Below are positions 39,441-51,330 of a stretch of 64,000 nucleotides of DNA, one piece after another (the stretch's first letter is position 1; every line of letters begins with the position of its first letter). The stretch comes from Myxococcota bacterium (lineage in GTDB: Bacteria; Myxococcota_A; Bradymonadia; UBA7976; UBA1532): contig JAYZEG010000058.1 of NCBI GenBank assembly GCA_036337435.1, positions 192,001 to 256,000 of the forward strand, read 5' to 3'. Both the position numbers and the translations under genes were made by a program. The notes beneath the pieces are model-generated. The model had not been told where the DNA came from. It saw nothing but the letters and a program-made list of their open reading frames with translations, and did no database searches.

Positions 39441-40934
39441 ATGTTTATAAAATCTAAAATTCGTTTTCTGAACTCTCTGTCACATCTCTTGGTCGGTGTG
39501 CTATTTAGCATGACCCCTCACATCGGTTTTGCCCAGCAAAGCGGGGGGTCAAAAACGTCTTTCGAACCGGACCTCGCGTCCATGACGAAAAAAGCCAGAT
39601 CAATTCTCAAAGATAAGTCATTGGCGAAGATTAAGCTCAGCGTTATTTTTCAGCGAACGAAAACGGGTGAAATTCTCTTTTCGAGTTCTCCCGACCAAAA
39701 ATTACATCCGGCATCGAACACAAAACTGATTACAACTGCGGCCGGGTTAGAACTTTTGGGCCCTGGATACCGATGGAAAACCGTGCTTGCAACCGATAAA
39801 TACAGTCGGGGCCATGCTCGAAATCTATATTTGATAGGCAAAGGCGATCCGCGCTTTGTGAGTGAATCGCTGTGGACGTTAATCACCGATGCTAAACTTG
39901 AAAACGGGTTGAAACGTGTGGATGGCAACTTAGTCGTCGATGACACGTATTTTACGCCAGAGACCATGGCCCCTGGATTTAACGACAAAAACCAAGACAG
40001 TGCATACAGAGCAGCATCTGGAGCGATGAGTATTAACTTCAATAGTGTCTCAATCAACATCAGACCTGGCCAAACTGTTGACTCAGTGCCCATTCTCAGA
40101 ATCAGGCCGACTCGACACCATTTCAACATCAAGAATAATGCCCGTACAACAAATGCAGGCTCGGAAAGCTTAGGTTTAAGTGCGTCTGCATACGGAGACA
40201 AAACGCGACTTCATTTGACCGGTCGAATACCTAAATCCCACCGTGGACTCACCGTAAGACGGCGGATTGACAATCCGGCTCTTTATGCAGGCGATGCCGC
40301 CAAGGCGTTCCTCAAGAGGGCGGGGATTCGAGTTAAAGGGAAGGTGAAAAAGGGAAAAGCACCTCGTCGAATCAAAACTCTATCTCGCCTCATATCCCGG
40401 CCACTTTCGCTTATTATCCAAGATATCAATAAGCTGAGTAATAATTTCATGGCCGAACAATTGCTCAGGACCATTGGCCTTGTCCACGGACAAGCTGGTG
40501 ACTGGAAAAATGGAACCTCGGTTGTAAAAAAATATCTGGAACAACAGGTCCAACTTACCGATTTCAATTTTGTAAACGGTTCGGGCTTGTTTGGCAAAAC
40601 AGCGTTTTCTGCGAGACAGATAGCAGCCCTTCTACAGCGTATGGCTCATCATAAATCTTTACAGCCGGAGTTCTTCGGTTCCCTTGCATTATCTCGCCTC
40701 GATGGCACCTTAAAGAAGCGTTTTAGGGATATGCCTCAAGGGACCATTCGCGCTAAGACCGGTACTCTTCAGGGTGTGATCTGTCTCTCCGGCTACATCC
40801 ACCATAAAAACGGCGAGCTGATCACATTTAGTATTTTAATGAACGATGTACCGGGCCGAGGCTGGCTTGCCTACAAAACTCAAGATCGGCTTCTCCGTGT
40901 TTTCTCCGGTTATGGGGACAACACCAAAAAATAA
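39441..40934 (+). CDS. dacB: D-Ala-D-Ala carboxypeptidase/endopeptidase PBP4 (S13)
   Basis: PASNTK (SxxK), SNN, GSGL and AKTGTL, with a signal peptide. Confidence 0.93.
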   Translation: MFIKSKIRFLNSLSHLLVGVLFSMTPHIGFAQQSGGSKTSFEPDLASMTKKARSILKDKSLAKIKLSVIFQRTKTGEILFSSSPDQKLHPASNTKLITTAAGLELLGPGYRWKTVLATDKYSRGHARNLYLIGKGDPRFVSESLWTLITDAKLENGLKRVDGNLVVDDTYFTPETMAPGFNDKNQDSAYRAASGAMSINFNSVSINIRPGQTVDSVPILRIRPTRHHFNIKNNARTTNAGSESLGLSASAYGDKTRLHLTGRIPKSHRGLTVRRRIDNPALYAGDAAKAFLKRAGIRVKGKVKKGKAPRRIKTLSRLISRPLSLIIQDINKLSNNFMAEQLLRTIGLVHGQAGDWKNGTSVVKKYLEQQVQLTDFNFVNGSGLFGKTAFSARQIAALLQRMAHHKSLQPEFFGSLALSRLDGTLKKRFRDMPQGTIRAKTGTLQGVICLSGYIHHKNGELITFSILMNDVPGRGWLAYKTQDRLLRVFSGYGDNTKK

Positions 40935-40998
40935 CATTTTTTTAGATCGTTTCCCGAGCTCAACCGTTTCATGGGTACAACCTAATTTAGGAAAGCCC

Positions 40999-41829
40999 AT
41001 GTCGTACCAATTTATCTATTTCATCTCGATTTTTCTTATCAGCAGCCAAATGGCGTGTGCATCTGTTCACAGAAGTACGTCTGGACCGTATGAACTCCAA
41101 ATTGAAGATGTTCACGGATACCCACTAAGCACGTTCTCGAAAAACCAGACCACTTATGTTTTGGGTCAACATAGTCAACGATACAATATTCGGGTTATCA
41201 ATCGCAGTAACCATCGGATCGAGGCTGTAATCACTGTCGACGGTCGAGATGCTATATCTGGCGATTTGGGCGATTACATTAATCAGCGCGGATATATTGT
41301 GGAACCTAATGACTCGGTTGTCGTAGATGGTTTTCGTCGATCGATGAATACCGTTGCTGCGTTTCGATTTACCCATCCAAGCGACGGGTATTCGGCGCGT
41401 CGTGGAACGCCTCAGCATGCCGGTGTTATCGGCGTCGCCATTTTCAAAGAGAAACAACGGTTTAAACCAAGACCGCGACGAAGTCGGGCGACGAAAAAGT
41501 CTGGTCAGTCCGCCTATGATTCATCGCCCTCAGGTATGGCTCATGGCCGAATGAATCGAGCAATAGAATCATCTCGAGGTCGAGGACGCCTTGATTCTGC
41601 TTCCAGACGTTCGTCGGTCAACAATTTAGGGACTCGTTTCGGTGAAGATCGACACAGTCAGGCAGTAGAAACACCATTTGTGAGATCCAATACACGTCAC
41701 CCTACTCATCTGTTAGCTGTTTACTATGACAATCATTCCGGGCTGGTTGCTCGTGGCATCAGAGTCAATCCCATTAACTCTGCTGAACCAAATCCTTTTC
41801 CAAACAGGCGGTTTGCACCAGCCCCATGA
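40999..41829 (+). CDS. Conserved hypothetical secreted protein/lipoprotein
   Basis: Signal ending QMAC. Domain RYNIRVINRS..EAVITVDGRD..AAFRF..GVIGVAIF..LGTRFGE. Confidence 0.65.
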   Translation: MSYQFIYFISIFLISSQMACASVHRSTSGPYELQIEDVHGYPLSTFSKNQTTYVLGQHSQRYNIRVINRSNHRIEAVITVDGRDAISGDLGDYINQRGYIVEPNDSVVVDGFRRSMNTVAAFRFTHPSDGYSARRGTPQHAGVIGVAIFKEKQRFKPRPRRSRATKKSGQSAYDSSPSGMAHGRMNRAIESSRGRGRLDSASRRSSVNNLGTRFGEDRHSQAVETPFVRSNTRHPTHLLAVYYDNHSGLVARGIRVNPINSAEPNPFPNRRFAPAP

Positions 41830-41888
41830 CCATCAGATAATGGACGACAAAATAGTCAGTTCCACCGTTTGCGGTTATTGTCTACAAC

Positions 41889-43217
41889 ATGGGATGGGCG
41901 CGATCATGGATTAACGAGGCTCTAAGACAGTTCGATAAAAAAGGGCATCGTCGAATTGCGCGTTCAATGCAGATGATTCTGGCCATTGGCGACAAAATGG
42001 TCGGTGATCACGCGCTGCGGTGGGCTGCATCACTCACATTCACGACGATATTATCTTTAATGCCCTTGTTGGTCGTTGTGTTCTCCGTTTTGAATGCCTT
42101 TCTTCCAGGCCAGCTATCCGTCGTTCAAAGATGGATTCTTGGCGCGCTCTTTACCGACAGTATTTCCGATGTAACCAAGCATATTGAAATGGCACTTACA
42201 GCCAATCAGGGAACCATAAGCCTGGTTGGGCTAGGCCTACTATTGGTCGTCTCTATCTTGCTTTTTTTGTCCGTAGAAAATGCCTTTAATGACATTTGGA
42301 ATGTTCCTAAGAGCCGGCCAATGTATCGCCGACTTCTTACGTTTTATGCGGTCATTACTTTGGCACCAACCTTCCTGGCGCTTGGGTCTATTTTTGGGAG
42401 TCGTTTTCTGGACAGTGTCGGCATTAACTCTCTGGGCATCTACCTAGCTGGCTTTGTCAATTGGCTGCTCGTCGTTCTTGCATTGACGCTCCTCTACAAA
42501 TTGCTCCCTCATACCTATGTCAAAATGAAATATGCTTTCATCGCAGCTGTAGTCGCTGCCATCGTATTTCAGCTTTGTCGATTTGGGTTCAATCTGTACG
42601 TTGACACCATTTACACAGGTTCAACTCGTTCAAAAATCTATGGAAGCTTTGCCCTTATTCCCATTTTCTTTCTTTGGGTTTATCTGTGTTGGATCATCGT
42701 ACTTAGCGGCTCATCTGGCACGTATATTTTTCAGAATAGAGTTCGTTTAACACGAGACTTTGATGTGATTCGTCATTCTGGACAAGAACTCAATTCGGTG
42801 CCGACAGGCTATTTGCTTTGCAGTATTTATCTCGTGATTGCCAAGCACTTTCGTCGGAATGGTGGCGATATCGAACAATGGAAAGTAGCTCATGAATTGC
42901 GCATCGATGAAAACACGCTTGAACATTGCATTGGCCTTCTTAGATCAAACGAACTCATATGTTTGATTCACAGCGAAGGGCCACCGAGATTAATCCCAGC
43001 AAAACCACTCGACAAAGTTTTTCTGGGGGATGTCCATTCTTTGGCGAGACACATAGGCTATTGCCCAGACTCTCTTCAAATAGAAGGTCATAAAGCACAC
43101 AGCGAAATTGAAATTAGTGCTCAGAAAATAGCCCACGAAACGAGGAATCAGATTACATTTGCTCAACTTGTCGACCGTGTGAGCGAAGCCTCGCAAGCTG
43201 ACTCAAACTACACTTAA
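41889..43217 (+). CDS. YihY/BrkB family membrane protein
   Basis: AASLTFTTILSLMP, AFNDIW and IYGSFALIPIFFLWVY, plus a C-terminal wHTH-like extension. Confidence 0.9.
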   Translation: MGWARSWINEALRQFDKKGHRRIARSMQMILAIGDKMVGDHALRWAASLTFTTILSLMPLLVVVFSVLNAFLPGQLSVVQRWILGALFTDSISDVTKHIEMALTANQGTISLVGLGLLLVVSILLFLSVENAFNDIWNVPKSRPMYRRLLTFYAVITLAPTFLALGSIFGSRFLDSVGINSLGIYLAGFVNWLLVVLALTLLYKLLPHTYVKMKYAFIAAVVAAIVFQLCRFGFNLYVDTIYTGSTRSKIYGSFALIPIFFLWVYLCWIIVLSGSSGTYIFQNRVRLTRDFDVIRHSGQELNSVPTGYLLCSIYLVIAKHFRRNGGDIEQWKVAHELRIDENTLEHCIGLLRSNELICLIHSEGPPRLIPAKPLDKVFLGDVHSLARHIGYCPDSLQIEGHKAHSEIEISAQKIAHETRNQITFAQLVDRVSEASQADSNYT

Positions 43218-43219
43218 GT

Positions 43220-43867
43220 TCACTCAGCGACAAAGTCACAAGGCGGTAGTTTTTCAGTCCCGTCTTCCTTGCGTTCTGCAGGTGGCTCATCCTTAGGCAG
43301 AATAACGTCCATTTCTCGGACCGTTCCCCCCCGACACGGCTTGGCTTTCGGATGGCAATTCATGTCCGTCAAATCGTGCTGTCCACGGACTCGAACACCC
43401 ATTCTCAGTGTGACATCATAACTACCCAGTGGCAGCGATGGGAAGGTGAACACAGTCTGCAGTCCATCGGGGGGTGTTCGATTGTGAAGCGCGAGCCAAT
43501 GCTTTTTCTTGGTCTTTTGATTCTCGGCAAATAAGCTGGCACTCGAATTTGATGTATTTTTGTAGAAGGGACAAATTCGGACCTTGAGGCGACCTTCGCC
43601 CGGTTTGACCTGATTTCGAGCTATCTGTGCTTTCTTTTCTTTGTCTTCGAGGGCTTTTCTCTTCGCTTTAATTTCCGCTTCGGACCGCTCGCCTTTCTGG
43701 CATTTTCCATCCTTACAAATCGTACCCTTGATGCATTCCTTGTCGTCTTTACACGGTTTGACCTTGATCATTGCAGCAAAGCGGTCATCCAGACCGTTCT
43801 TATCTTTCTTATCACCACTGCATCCGAATCCAATGATGACCATTAGGCTGATAGCGATGTATTTCAT
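43220..43867 (-). CDS. Hypothetical lipoprotein with one Cys-rich module
   Basis: Lipobox GFGC and module CKDDKECIKGTICKDGKC. Confidence 0.7.
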   Translation of the reverse strand: MKYIAISLMVIIGFGCSGDKKDKNGLDDRFAAMIKVKPCKDDKECIKGTICKDGKCQKGERSEAEIKAKRKALEDKEKKAQIARNQVKPGEGRLKVRICPFYKNTSNSSASLFAENQKTKKKHWLALHNRTPPDGLQTVFTFPSLPLGSYDVTLRMGVRVRGQHDLTDMNCHPKAKPCRGGTVREMDVILPKDEPPAERKEDGTEKLPPCDFVAE

Positions 43868-43872
43868 GATCT

Positions 43873-45168
43873 TTATTCCCCCCGTATATGACTGCCTAAG
43901 TTCTCGATTTGAACGTGATCTTGGGAACCTGTTTGCATGTTCTTGAGGATAACCTCATTCCGAGCGAATTCACTTTTTCCCACCAGAACAACAAATGGAA
44001 TGCCCTGGCGGTTCGCATATTGAAGCTGCTTTTTCATTCGAGCGACACCAGGATACACTTCTGCGTTTATTCCCTCCCGTCTCAACGACGCTGCGACGGT
44101 ATAGCTGAGCTTTCTTTCATCGGTGCTAAACACACCGATCAAGGCATCACTTGGGCTCGCTTGTGCTTCGAGGAGCCCCATTTCGATCAGTCCATAGAGT
44201 AATCGATCAACCCCAAGGCTAATGCCCACAGCGGGGATTTCTTGACCACTGAACATGCTCAATAATGTGTCATATCGACCACCCGACATGACGGAGCCTA
44301 AGGATTCATCTGCTTTGAGGAAGGTCTCGTAGATGGTGCCAGTGTAATAATCGAGGCCCCGCGCGATGGAAAGATCTACATCGACGTATTGAGCAACACC
44401 GAGTTCATCGACGAGTTTGAGTAATTCGTTTAACTCATCAGCACCGAGCAAACCCAACTCATGACCACTAAACCAATCATGTAGCTGATTGGGTTCTAAA
44501 GTCAGAAACTCAAAAATACCGTCCACTGATGTCGCTGCTAAATTATGGTCGTTCATCAGGAGTTTTCGAACATTATCTTCACCAATTTTTGGCAATTTAT
44601 CGATACTTCTGAGGACTCCTAAAGTGTCATCAACACTCTCTATGTTGTACTTCGACAACATCGCTGTCAGCAGTTTCCGGTTATTAATTCGGATAACGAA
44701 ATCGTCAATTCCAAGATTCTTGAGTACAGAACAACCAACGAGAATACATTCCGCATCAGCCATCAAATCGGGTGCGCCAATGATGTCTACATCACACTGC
44801 ATGAATTCTCTAAAGCGGCCTCGCCCTGGTTTCTCGGCGCGCCAGACTGGTGCGATTTGATACCGCTTGAATGGTCGTGTCAGTTGAGTATTCATACCCA
44901 TGACTCGTGCTAATGGAACCGTAAGGTCGTAGCGCATCGCTACGTCACGTTCGCCATTATCTAGAAAGCGATAAAGTAACTTATCGCCTTCATCTCCGTA
45001 CTTTCCTAAAAGGCATTCTGCGTATTCTAATGCAGGCGTTTGCAACGGCGAGAATCCAAAGGATTCAAATGTACTTGCCACCAAATTGAGCATTTTCTGC
45101 TTTGGTAGCATATTCTCGGGCATGTAATCGCGAAAGCCCTTGAGAACACGGGCCTTAATTCGACTCAT
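43873..45168 (-). CDS. hisS: Histidine--tRNA ligase
   Basis: KGFRD, RYDLTVP, WRAEKP..GRFREFMQCD, ARGLDYYTG and GGRYD. Start re-called at ATG 45168. Confidence 0.97.
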   Translation of the reverse strand: MSRIKARVLKGFRDYMPENMLPKQKMLNLVASTFESFGFSPLQTPALEYAECLLGKYGDEGDKLLYRFLDNGERDVAMRYDLTVPLARVMGMNTQLTRPFKRYQIAPVWRAEKPGRGRFREFMQCDVDIIGAPDLMADAECILVGCSVLKNLGIDDFVIRINNRKLLTAMLSKYNIESVDDTLGVLRSIDKLPKIGEDNVRKLLMNDHNLAATSVDGIFEFLTLEPNQLHDWFSGHELGLLGADELNELLKLVDELGVAQYVDVDLSIARGLDYYTGTIYETFLKADESLGSVMSGGRYDTLLSMFSGQEIPAVGISLGVDRLLYGLIEMGLLEAQASPSDALIGVFSTDERKLSYTVAASLRREGINAEVYPGVARMKKQLQYANRQGIPFVVLVGKSEFARNEVILKNMQTGSQDHVQIENLGSHIRGE

Positions 45169-45197
45169 TGTATCGCTCCGGATAAAGAGAAGGTTGT

Positions 45198-46430
45198 CTA
45201 GCGAAACCTTGTTTGTCTCAAACCACCCAGGATGACCAAAACCCCCATCCAGAAGTATGTTGATTTGGTCGGGTTGTCGGCTGCGGAAACCAGTGAACAC
45301 CCACCACTACTTCCACCGTCACCACCACCGGCGGCTGCACCGCCATCTGATTGGGGTATTCCACCATCGGAGAGACGAACACCGCCATCACCTGTTGTTT
45401 CATCGCTGATTTCAGGGATCGCTTGATTTGCGTCACCGCCGTTGATTCCAATGAAGTCGCATTGTTGACCAGGGATTGGTGGTCCTCCTTCAAATGGATT
45501 GGGGTCGGGAAATACTTTTTGGCACATCATGACGTTTGGATCGCAGCCATCAGGACATGGAAGAAAAACCTCCAGGCTGATGCATGATTCGTTTGTCAGG
45601 TCTCCACGTTCTCGACCCCACTCGTCGAGGGCCATGACAGCAAAACAGTCTCGCCTTGGAAGTGGATAGTACGGCAGAAACATGCGTGAACTTCTGAGCG
45701 GCACCCCGGTCCCCAGTAAGTCTCGAGCGCCGTTTTCATAAGCAACGGGAACCGGTGTTAAGTCAGGCGGCTCTGTTTCAGGATTATCCAGCGTGGCGAT
45801 GGGCGTCGAAGACGTTCTGTAGATGACATAAGCGACATCCGACCGATTGAGTGGCTGAAAATCGATAGATGCATAGATTCGATTCGGCACGGGGCATATG
45901 GGGTTGGTATCATCTAACTCAAAGAATGCACCTGCTTCAATACAGCGGTCATCGTTTAATCGCGCTTCTCGAATTCCCTCAAAATCACCTAAATCGTCCG
46001 ATGGGCCACCCTTTGTTCTGAATTCGAGGGTATACTCACGAAAGATGGATAAGGCTGGATCGGGTGGTCTGACAATGACTTGATAGTCTTTTCGGCCCTC
46101 CAACTCTGCGATTGGATCGATCTCTATGATCGTTAATGGGTCAGGTCCATTGGGAACCAACTTGAAAGGGGTCTTTACACGGACTTGAGCGGGTACCACA
46201 GTTCCATCTTCATCTTGCATTTCGATTTGTGCGGGGTCAGGACACCATGGTCCAGAATAGGCTAAGCGAATGCTCGCATCCGTTGGCCATCGAGGCGCAT
46301 CGTCGCTTTCAATCGGGACATTATTCGGTTGGGACCAACTGATGATTTGTTGGCTTGGTCCACATTCTTGAGCCGCTGCCATTCCCGGACACGCCAACAA
46401 GACAAAACATAGGCACGAGAGTCTCAACAC
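45198..46430 (-). CDS. Secreted protein with C-terminal MYXO-CTERM-like sorting signal
   Basis: Signal peptide (MAAA-Q). C-terminal Gly-rich linker GGSSGGC, a hydrophobic helix FWMGVLVILGGL and a basic tail RQTRFR. Confidence 0.8.
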   Translation of the reverse strand: MLRLSCLCFVLLACPGMAAAQECGPSQQIISWSQPNNVPIESDDAPRWPTDASIRLAYSGPWCPDPAQIEMQDEDGTVVPAQVRVKTPFKLVPNGPDPLTIIEIDPIAELEGRKDYQVIVRPPDPALSIFREYTLEFRTKGGPSDDLGDFEGIREARLNDDRCIEAGAFFELDDTNPICPVPNRIYASIDFQPLNRSDVAYVIYRTSSTPIATLDNPETEPPDLTPVPVAYENGARDLLGTGVPLRSSRMFLPYYPLPRRDCFAVMALDEWGRERGDLTNESCISLEVFLPCPDGCDPNVMMCQKVFPDPNPFEGGPPIPGQQCDFIGINGGDANQAIPEISDETTGDGGVRLSDGGIPQSDGGAAAGGGDGGSSGGCSLVSAADNPTKSTYFWMGVLVILGGLRQTRFR

Positions 46431-46512
46431 CTGTCACCTCCATTATTGATGAGCGACTATACGTCTGCCGCCCATTGATAATCAATGCCGGTCTATTCAC
46501 CCGGTCGATTGC

Positions 46513-47700
46513 TCAACTTCTGTAGTCAGCATTAATTCGCACGTAATCAGCACTTAAGTCGCAGGTAAAGATCGAGTGGCTATGCTCGCCTTGTGCGAGG
46601 TCAAGCCTGATAGAATATTCATCTCTGAGCATAATCGCGTGAACCTGTTTTTCAGCGTCTGGTCCACGCCACTCGCCATCTGCATAGAGCTGGACATCAT
46701 CAAAATACAAGGCGATTCGATCAGGATCGATTTGAATGCCACTGCGCCCGGCCGCAGCGATGATCCGACCCCAATTAGGGTCTTCACCATGGATGGCTGT
46801 TTTGACCAGTGGGCTGAGTGCAATGGTATTTGCCACTGTCTGAACATCATCGAATGACAGGCCACCTGTTACATTAATCTCAACGACCTTAGTCCCACCT
46901 TCAGCATCGCGTATAATGTCTTTGGCGAGCTCGGATGTCAGTTTAATTAATGCGTCTTCGAATCGCTGTAAAACGGATCCTTTTAATGGGTCGCCGCCGG
47001 CAGCACCACTTGCCATGAATAGGGCTGTGTCGTTGGTGCTGGTATCTCCATCAATGGTTATTGCATTAAATGTTTTCTGGCATGTGCGGTGCCACAACGC
47101 ACCTATGTCAAACTCGGATATTGGGGCATCCGTGACCACGAATCCAAGCATAGTCGCCATGTTTGGATGGATCATGCCGGCCCCTTTTGAGGCACCAACG
47201 ATTGAATACGTTCGCTCATCGACGGTGACTTCAAGCCGTCTTGCCTTTGTAAATGTATCGGTTGTTCTGATGGATTCAGCAAAGGCGAAGAAGCTTGTCT
47301 GTTCAAGTGATTCAACCGCTTTGTCGATTCCGTGAGTTACCGTAGTCATGGGCAGCGGTGCACCGATTACGCCGGTGCTGCACACTTGAACATCTCTCGA
47401 CTCACATCCAAGGTGCTGGGCTACATAAGTTGCCATTTGATTGGCGTTGGCCGCTCCAATCTCTCCGGTACACGCGTTGGCATTACCGCTATTGACGATG
47501 ATCGCACGAGCGATCGCGCGTTCGGTCAGCCTCTCTTTGCTTTGCACGACTGGTGCCGCGACGACCTGATTGGTCGTGAAAACGCCTGCACATGGGATGG
47601 ACTTTTCGGCAACGATCAATCCGAGGTCGAGATGACCGTTTTTCTTAATACCACTGTTAATGCCGGCGAACTTAAACCCATCGACATGATACTGGCTCAT
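46513..47700 (-). CDS. argJ: Ornithine acetyltransferase / N-acetylglutamate synthase
   Basis: [42 protein letters not shown] and INADYRS. Confidence 0.97.
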   Translation of the reverse strand: MSQYHVDGFKFAGINSGIKKNGHLDLGLIVAEKSIPCAGVFTTNQVVAAPVVQSKERLTERAIARAIIVNSGNANACTGEIGAANANQMATYVAQHLGCESRDVQVCSTGVIGAPLPMTTVTHGIDKAVESLEQTSFFAFAESIRTTDTFTKARRLEVTVDERTYSIVGASKGAGMIHPNMATMLGFVVTDAPISEFDIGALWHRTCQKTFNAITIDGDTSTNDTALFMASGAAGGDPLKGSVLQRFEDALIKLTSELAKDIIRDAEGGTKVVEINVTGGLSFDDVQTVANTIALSPLVKTAIHGEDPNWGRIIAAAGRSGIQIDPDRIALYFDDVQLYADGEWRGPDAEKQVHAIMLRDEYSIRLDLAQGEHSHSIFTCDLSADYVRINADYRS

Positions 47701-50585
47701 GATTCGATCGCCGACTCGGCAGAGTCTCGATTTTCATCAGAGCCGCCGGATGCACGAGCCGCAGCGTTGTCGGCGGCCATATGGCATTTCTTGTATTTCT
47801 TTCCACTGCCACACCAGCAGGGATCGTTACGACCGATTTTCGGGCGCTCTCGTCTAACAGTGGTAGGACGGCGGCGTCTCTGCGGTTGATCAGGCTGACC
47901 TTCATCAGCCCCTGAATTAACCGAATCGGAGGAAAACATTCGCATTTGCCGTTGCTGTTCTTCGACACGCTCTTGATAGGCCCTTTGTGCGGCCAACACT
48001 TCGTCCTCGGATTCGATTTGGACCCGATAAAGTTGCCCCATGACTTTTGATTTGATGTCGACCAACAGGCTCGAGAAGAGTCTATAGCCTTCCTTTTGAT
48101 ACTCTTTTTTCGGATCACGTTGACCGTATCCTCGGAGGCCGATGCCCGTTCTCAGTTGGTCCATCGTCGTCAAATGGTCTTTCCACAGCTGGTCGATCTG
48201 CTGCAGATAGAGTTGCTTCTCGAGCTGATGCATCAACCCATCTTGGTTGGCATTCACCTCGTTGACCTTTTCAAGGTACGGTTTTTCCACGGCAAAGTAG
48301 ATGTGTTCGATGTAACGCTCTCGAGACCGTGGCAGACCGTGGAGATCCAATTCATGATTGAATTGAAATTTAACGCGTTCCATGAGTGCGTCGATGTCCC
48401 AATACTCAGGCTTTGTCCGCTCATCACAGTAGTCGTTGACCATCGCAAAAACTAAATCTTCGATGGCGTCGAGGCAGAGCTCTCTTAGCGACTCATCATT
48501 AGACCCTAAAACGCTTAAGCGCTGTTTGTAGATGGTCTTTCTTTGCTGATCCATCACGTCATCGTATTCGAGAAGATTCTTCCGACTATCAAAGTGTTGG
48601 GCTTCCACTCGCCGCTGAGCGTTCTCGATGGCCTTGCTGACCATATTGTGTTCGATGGGTGCATCGTCTGACATGCCGAGTGAGTCCATCATGGATGCCA
48701 TTCGGTCACTCGCGAAGATCCGCATGAGATCGTCTTCTAATGATAAATAAAATCGGCTCGCACCTGGATCACCCTGACGGCCTGCTCGGCCGCGGAGCTG
48801 ATTGTCAATTCGGCGACTTTCATGCCGCTCGGTGCCTAGAATGAATAAGCCGCCAGCGGCCAAGACACGCTCTTGTTCCTCTCCAAAAATATCTCGTGTT
48901 TCCGCAATTTGGCTAATGACCGAGTCTGGTATGTCACCGAGCACATCATGTTTTATTCTGAGTTCTCGAGCGTTCTCTTCATTTCCGATGCAGATTTGCT
49001 TGACGAAGTCTTCGACGTATTCCCATTCCGGCGTATATCGGATTGCAACGTCCATCTCTTCCAGCAAACATTGACCCCAATATTCGGCGTTTCCTCCGAG
49101 GATAATATCCGTCCCGCGACCCGCCATATTTGTGGCGACGGTGACTGCATTTAAACGACCAGCCTGGGCTACGATCGATGCTTCACGGGAGTGCAGTTTT
49201 GCATTTAAAACTTCGTGCTCAATCCCCTCAGCTTTTAACATTCTGTGAATAATTTCACTCTTCTCGACGCTGGTTGTACCGACGAGAATCGGCTGCCCTT
49301 TGGCATGTCGTTCTTTAATCTCTTTGACACATGCTTTGAACTTTCCGCGTTCAGACCTGTAAATGAGATCAGCTTTGTCTGCTCGCTGTATTGGCTTGTT
49401 TGTCGGGACGACGACAACATCGATTTTATAGGTCTTCTGGAATTCCTCTTCCTCTGTCTTTGCGGTGCCCGTCATGCCTGATAGTTTGTTGTATAATCTG
49501 AAGTAATTCTGGAAACTGACTGTTGCCAGCGTCTGGTTTTCAGATTGAATTTCGACCCCCTCTTTTGCTTCAACAGCTTGGTGGAGTCCATCGGACCAGC
49601 GTCGACCGGGCATAAGCCGGCCTGTATGTTCGTCGATGATCACGACTTCATCGCTGTGAACCAGGTAATTGACATCGCGTCTATACAGTGTATGCGCTTT
49701 CAGCGCGTTGTTCACATGATGAAGCAAGATAATATTGGCTGGATCATACAGATTGTCGCACGCCAGTAATTTCTGGATCGAGTCGACACCATCATCAGTC
49801 AGCGTTGCGGAATGAGATTTTTCGTCGACATTGAAGTGGATGTCTTTTTTGAGGCGCGGAATCACCCGGTCTACTTTTGTATATAATTCTGAGGAACCCT
49901 CGGCTGGACCACTAATGATCAGGGGGGTTCTTGATTCGTCGATGAGGATTGAGTCGACCTCATCAATGACAGCAAAATTAAGCTCCCGCTGAACGTAGTT
50001 GTCCAAATTGTATTTCATATTATCACGGAGATAATCGAACCCGTATTGATTGTTCTCCCCATAGGTAATGTCGGAGCCGTAGGCGATTTTTCGAGCAGCA
50101 TCGTCCATGTCGTTTATGATGACACCGGTTGACAAACCCAACCAACGGTAGACTTGACCCATCCATTCTGCATCTCGACGGGCGAGATAATCATTAACGG
50201 TGACGACATGAACACCTTTGCCTGAGAGTGCATTCAAATAGCAGGGCAGTACCGCAACGAGGGTTTTACCTTCACCGGTTTTCATCTCAGCAATCCGCCC
50301 GGTGTGGAGCACGAAACCACCCAGCACTTGGACATCGTATGGTCTCATACCCAAAACGCGCCAAGACGCCTCGCGTGCTACGGCAAACGCCTCATATTGA
50401 ATGTCATCGAGCGCGGCTCCATTTGATAGTTTCTGTCGAAACTCTGCTGTCTTAGCCCTGAGAGCATCATCGGAAAGCGCTTTGATTTGATTCTCAAGTG
50501 CGCTCACCCGAGCAACCTCAGGATTAAGTTTCTTCAAGGCACGTTCATTCGCTGTGCCAAATACCTTTTGAACAAAACCAAGCAT
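47697..50585 (-). CDS. secA: Preprotein translocase subunit SecA
   Basis: [43 protein letters not shown] and the SEC-C motif [18 protein letters not shown]. Confidence 0.98.
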   Translation of the reverse strand: MLGFVQKVFGTANERALKKLNPEVARVSALENQIKALSDDALRAKTAEFRQKLSNGAALDDIQYEAFAVAREASWRVLGMRPYDVQVLGGFVLHTGRIAEMKTGEGKTLVAVLPCYLNALSGKGVHVVTVNDYLARRDAEWMGQVYRWLGLSTGVIINDMDDAARKIAYGSDITYGENNQYGFDYLRDNMKYNLDNYVQRELNFAVIDEVDSILIDESRTPLIISGPAEGSSELYTKVDRVIPRLKKDIHFNVDEKSHSATLTDDGVDSIQKLLACDNLYDPANIILLHHVNNALKAHTLYRRDVNYLVHSDEVVIIDEHTGRLMPGRRWSDGLHQAVEAKEGVEIQSENQTLATVSFQNYFRLYNKLSGMTGTAKTEEEEFQKTYKIDVVVVPTNKPIQRADKADLIYRSERGKFKACVKEIKERHAKGQPILVGTTSVEKSEIIHRMLKAEGIEHEVLNAKLHSREASIVAQAGRLNAVTVATNMAGRGTDIILGGNAEYWGQCLLEEMDVAIRYTPEWEYVEDFVKQICIGNEENARELRIKHDVLGDIPDSVISQIAETRDIFGEEQERVLAAGGLFILGTERHESRRIDNQLRGRAGRQGDPGASRFYLSLEDDLMRIFASDRMASMMDSLGMSDDAPIEHNMVSKAIENAQRRVEAQHFDSRKNLLEYDDVMDQQRKTIYKQRLSVLGSNDESLRELCLDAIEDLVFAMVNDYCDERTKPEYWDIDALMERVKFQFNHELDLHGLPRSRERYIEHIYFAVEKPYLEKVNEVNANQDGLMHQLEKQLYLQQIDQLWKDHLTTMDQLRTGIGLRGYGQRDPKKEYQKEGYRLFSSLLVDIKSKVMGQLYRVQIESEDEVLAAQRAYQERVEEQQRQMRMFSSDSVNSGADEGQPDQPQRRRRPTTVRRERPKIGRNDPCWCGSGKKYKKCHMAADNAAARASGGSDENRDSAESAIES

Positions 50586-50757
50586 GCGAGATGTCTCCTG
50601 CTAGGATCCTGACATGCTTCCTGATGAATGCGAATGATTCAGGATCAAGTATATGACCATTGTGAGCGGTTGACGAAGTGTCGTCTAAACCCCATAGATC
50701 TTGAGCCGCGAATATTAAGCACTTGGCGGCGGTATGCAAGGGAATGGCGTGTCTTTA

Positions 50758-51330
50758 TCACCGAAATTCGAATAGAAACCGTTCCCAATCCTCTCTTCTA
50801 TTCAAATTGCGGGTGATTGCTGCATCATTTATGTGTAGTTTTTGAATACCCACTTCATTAAAAATTTGTCTCAAGGACCGTTGATCTTGCCCAGTAATGA
50901 CGGGTCTAAGCCAATTTGGGATCAGGACAGGATGACCCGCCTGGCCCCGATAGGCCAAAACTCTTGGCCGACTAATTCGGCCAGCACAGAGTCTTCTCAA
51001 GGTTTCGTATTTGATTCCGGGCTGGTCGACGTGACGGACCAGAACATGCCCATCTGGAAGGGCTCTGAGGCCACTCCTCAGGCTGGACCTCATTCCGTGG
51101 TGCCAATCGACAACTGGATGCATTGCAATATGGGCCTGAGTTGCCTCCCGGATGGCATGATAATGGTGGCCAGCCGCGACGAGCACGATATCGCAAATCT
51201 CATCTAGATCGGACACAGCCTTTTCGATAAGCGAGCTGCTTCCCAGCTTCAACAAGCCTTTTGGTCGACCCATTCTTTGAGAGCGGCCAGCTGATAAGAC
51301 CAATCCGCGAATGGGCGTCGTCAAGTCCAT
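50758..51330 (-). CDS. MocA/MobA-like nucleotidyltransferase (probable Moco cytidylyltransferase)
   Basis: LSAGRSQRMGRPKGLL, GMRSSLRSGL, VDQP and GHPVL. It lies downstream of xdhC. Confidence 0.82.
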   Translation of the reverse strand: MDLTTPIRGLVLSAGRSQRMGRPKGLLKLGSSSLIEKAVSDLDEICDIVLVAAGHHYHAIREATQAHIAMHPVVDWHHGMRSSLRSGLRALPDGHVLVRHVDQPGIKYETLRRLCAGRISRPRVLAYRGQAGHPVLIPNWLRPVITGQDQRSLRQIFNEVGIQKLHINDAAITRNLNRREDWERFLFEFR

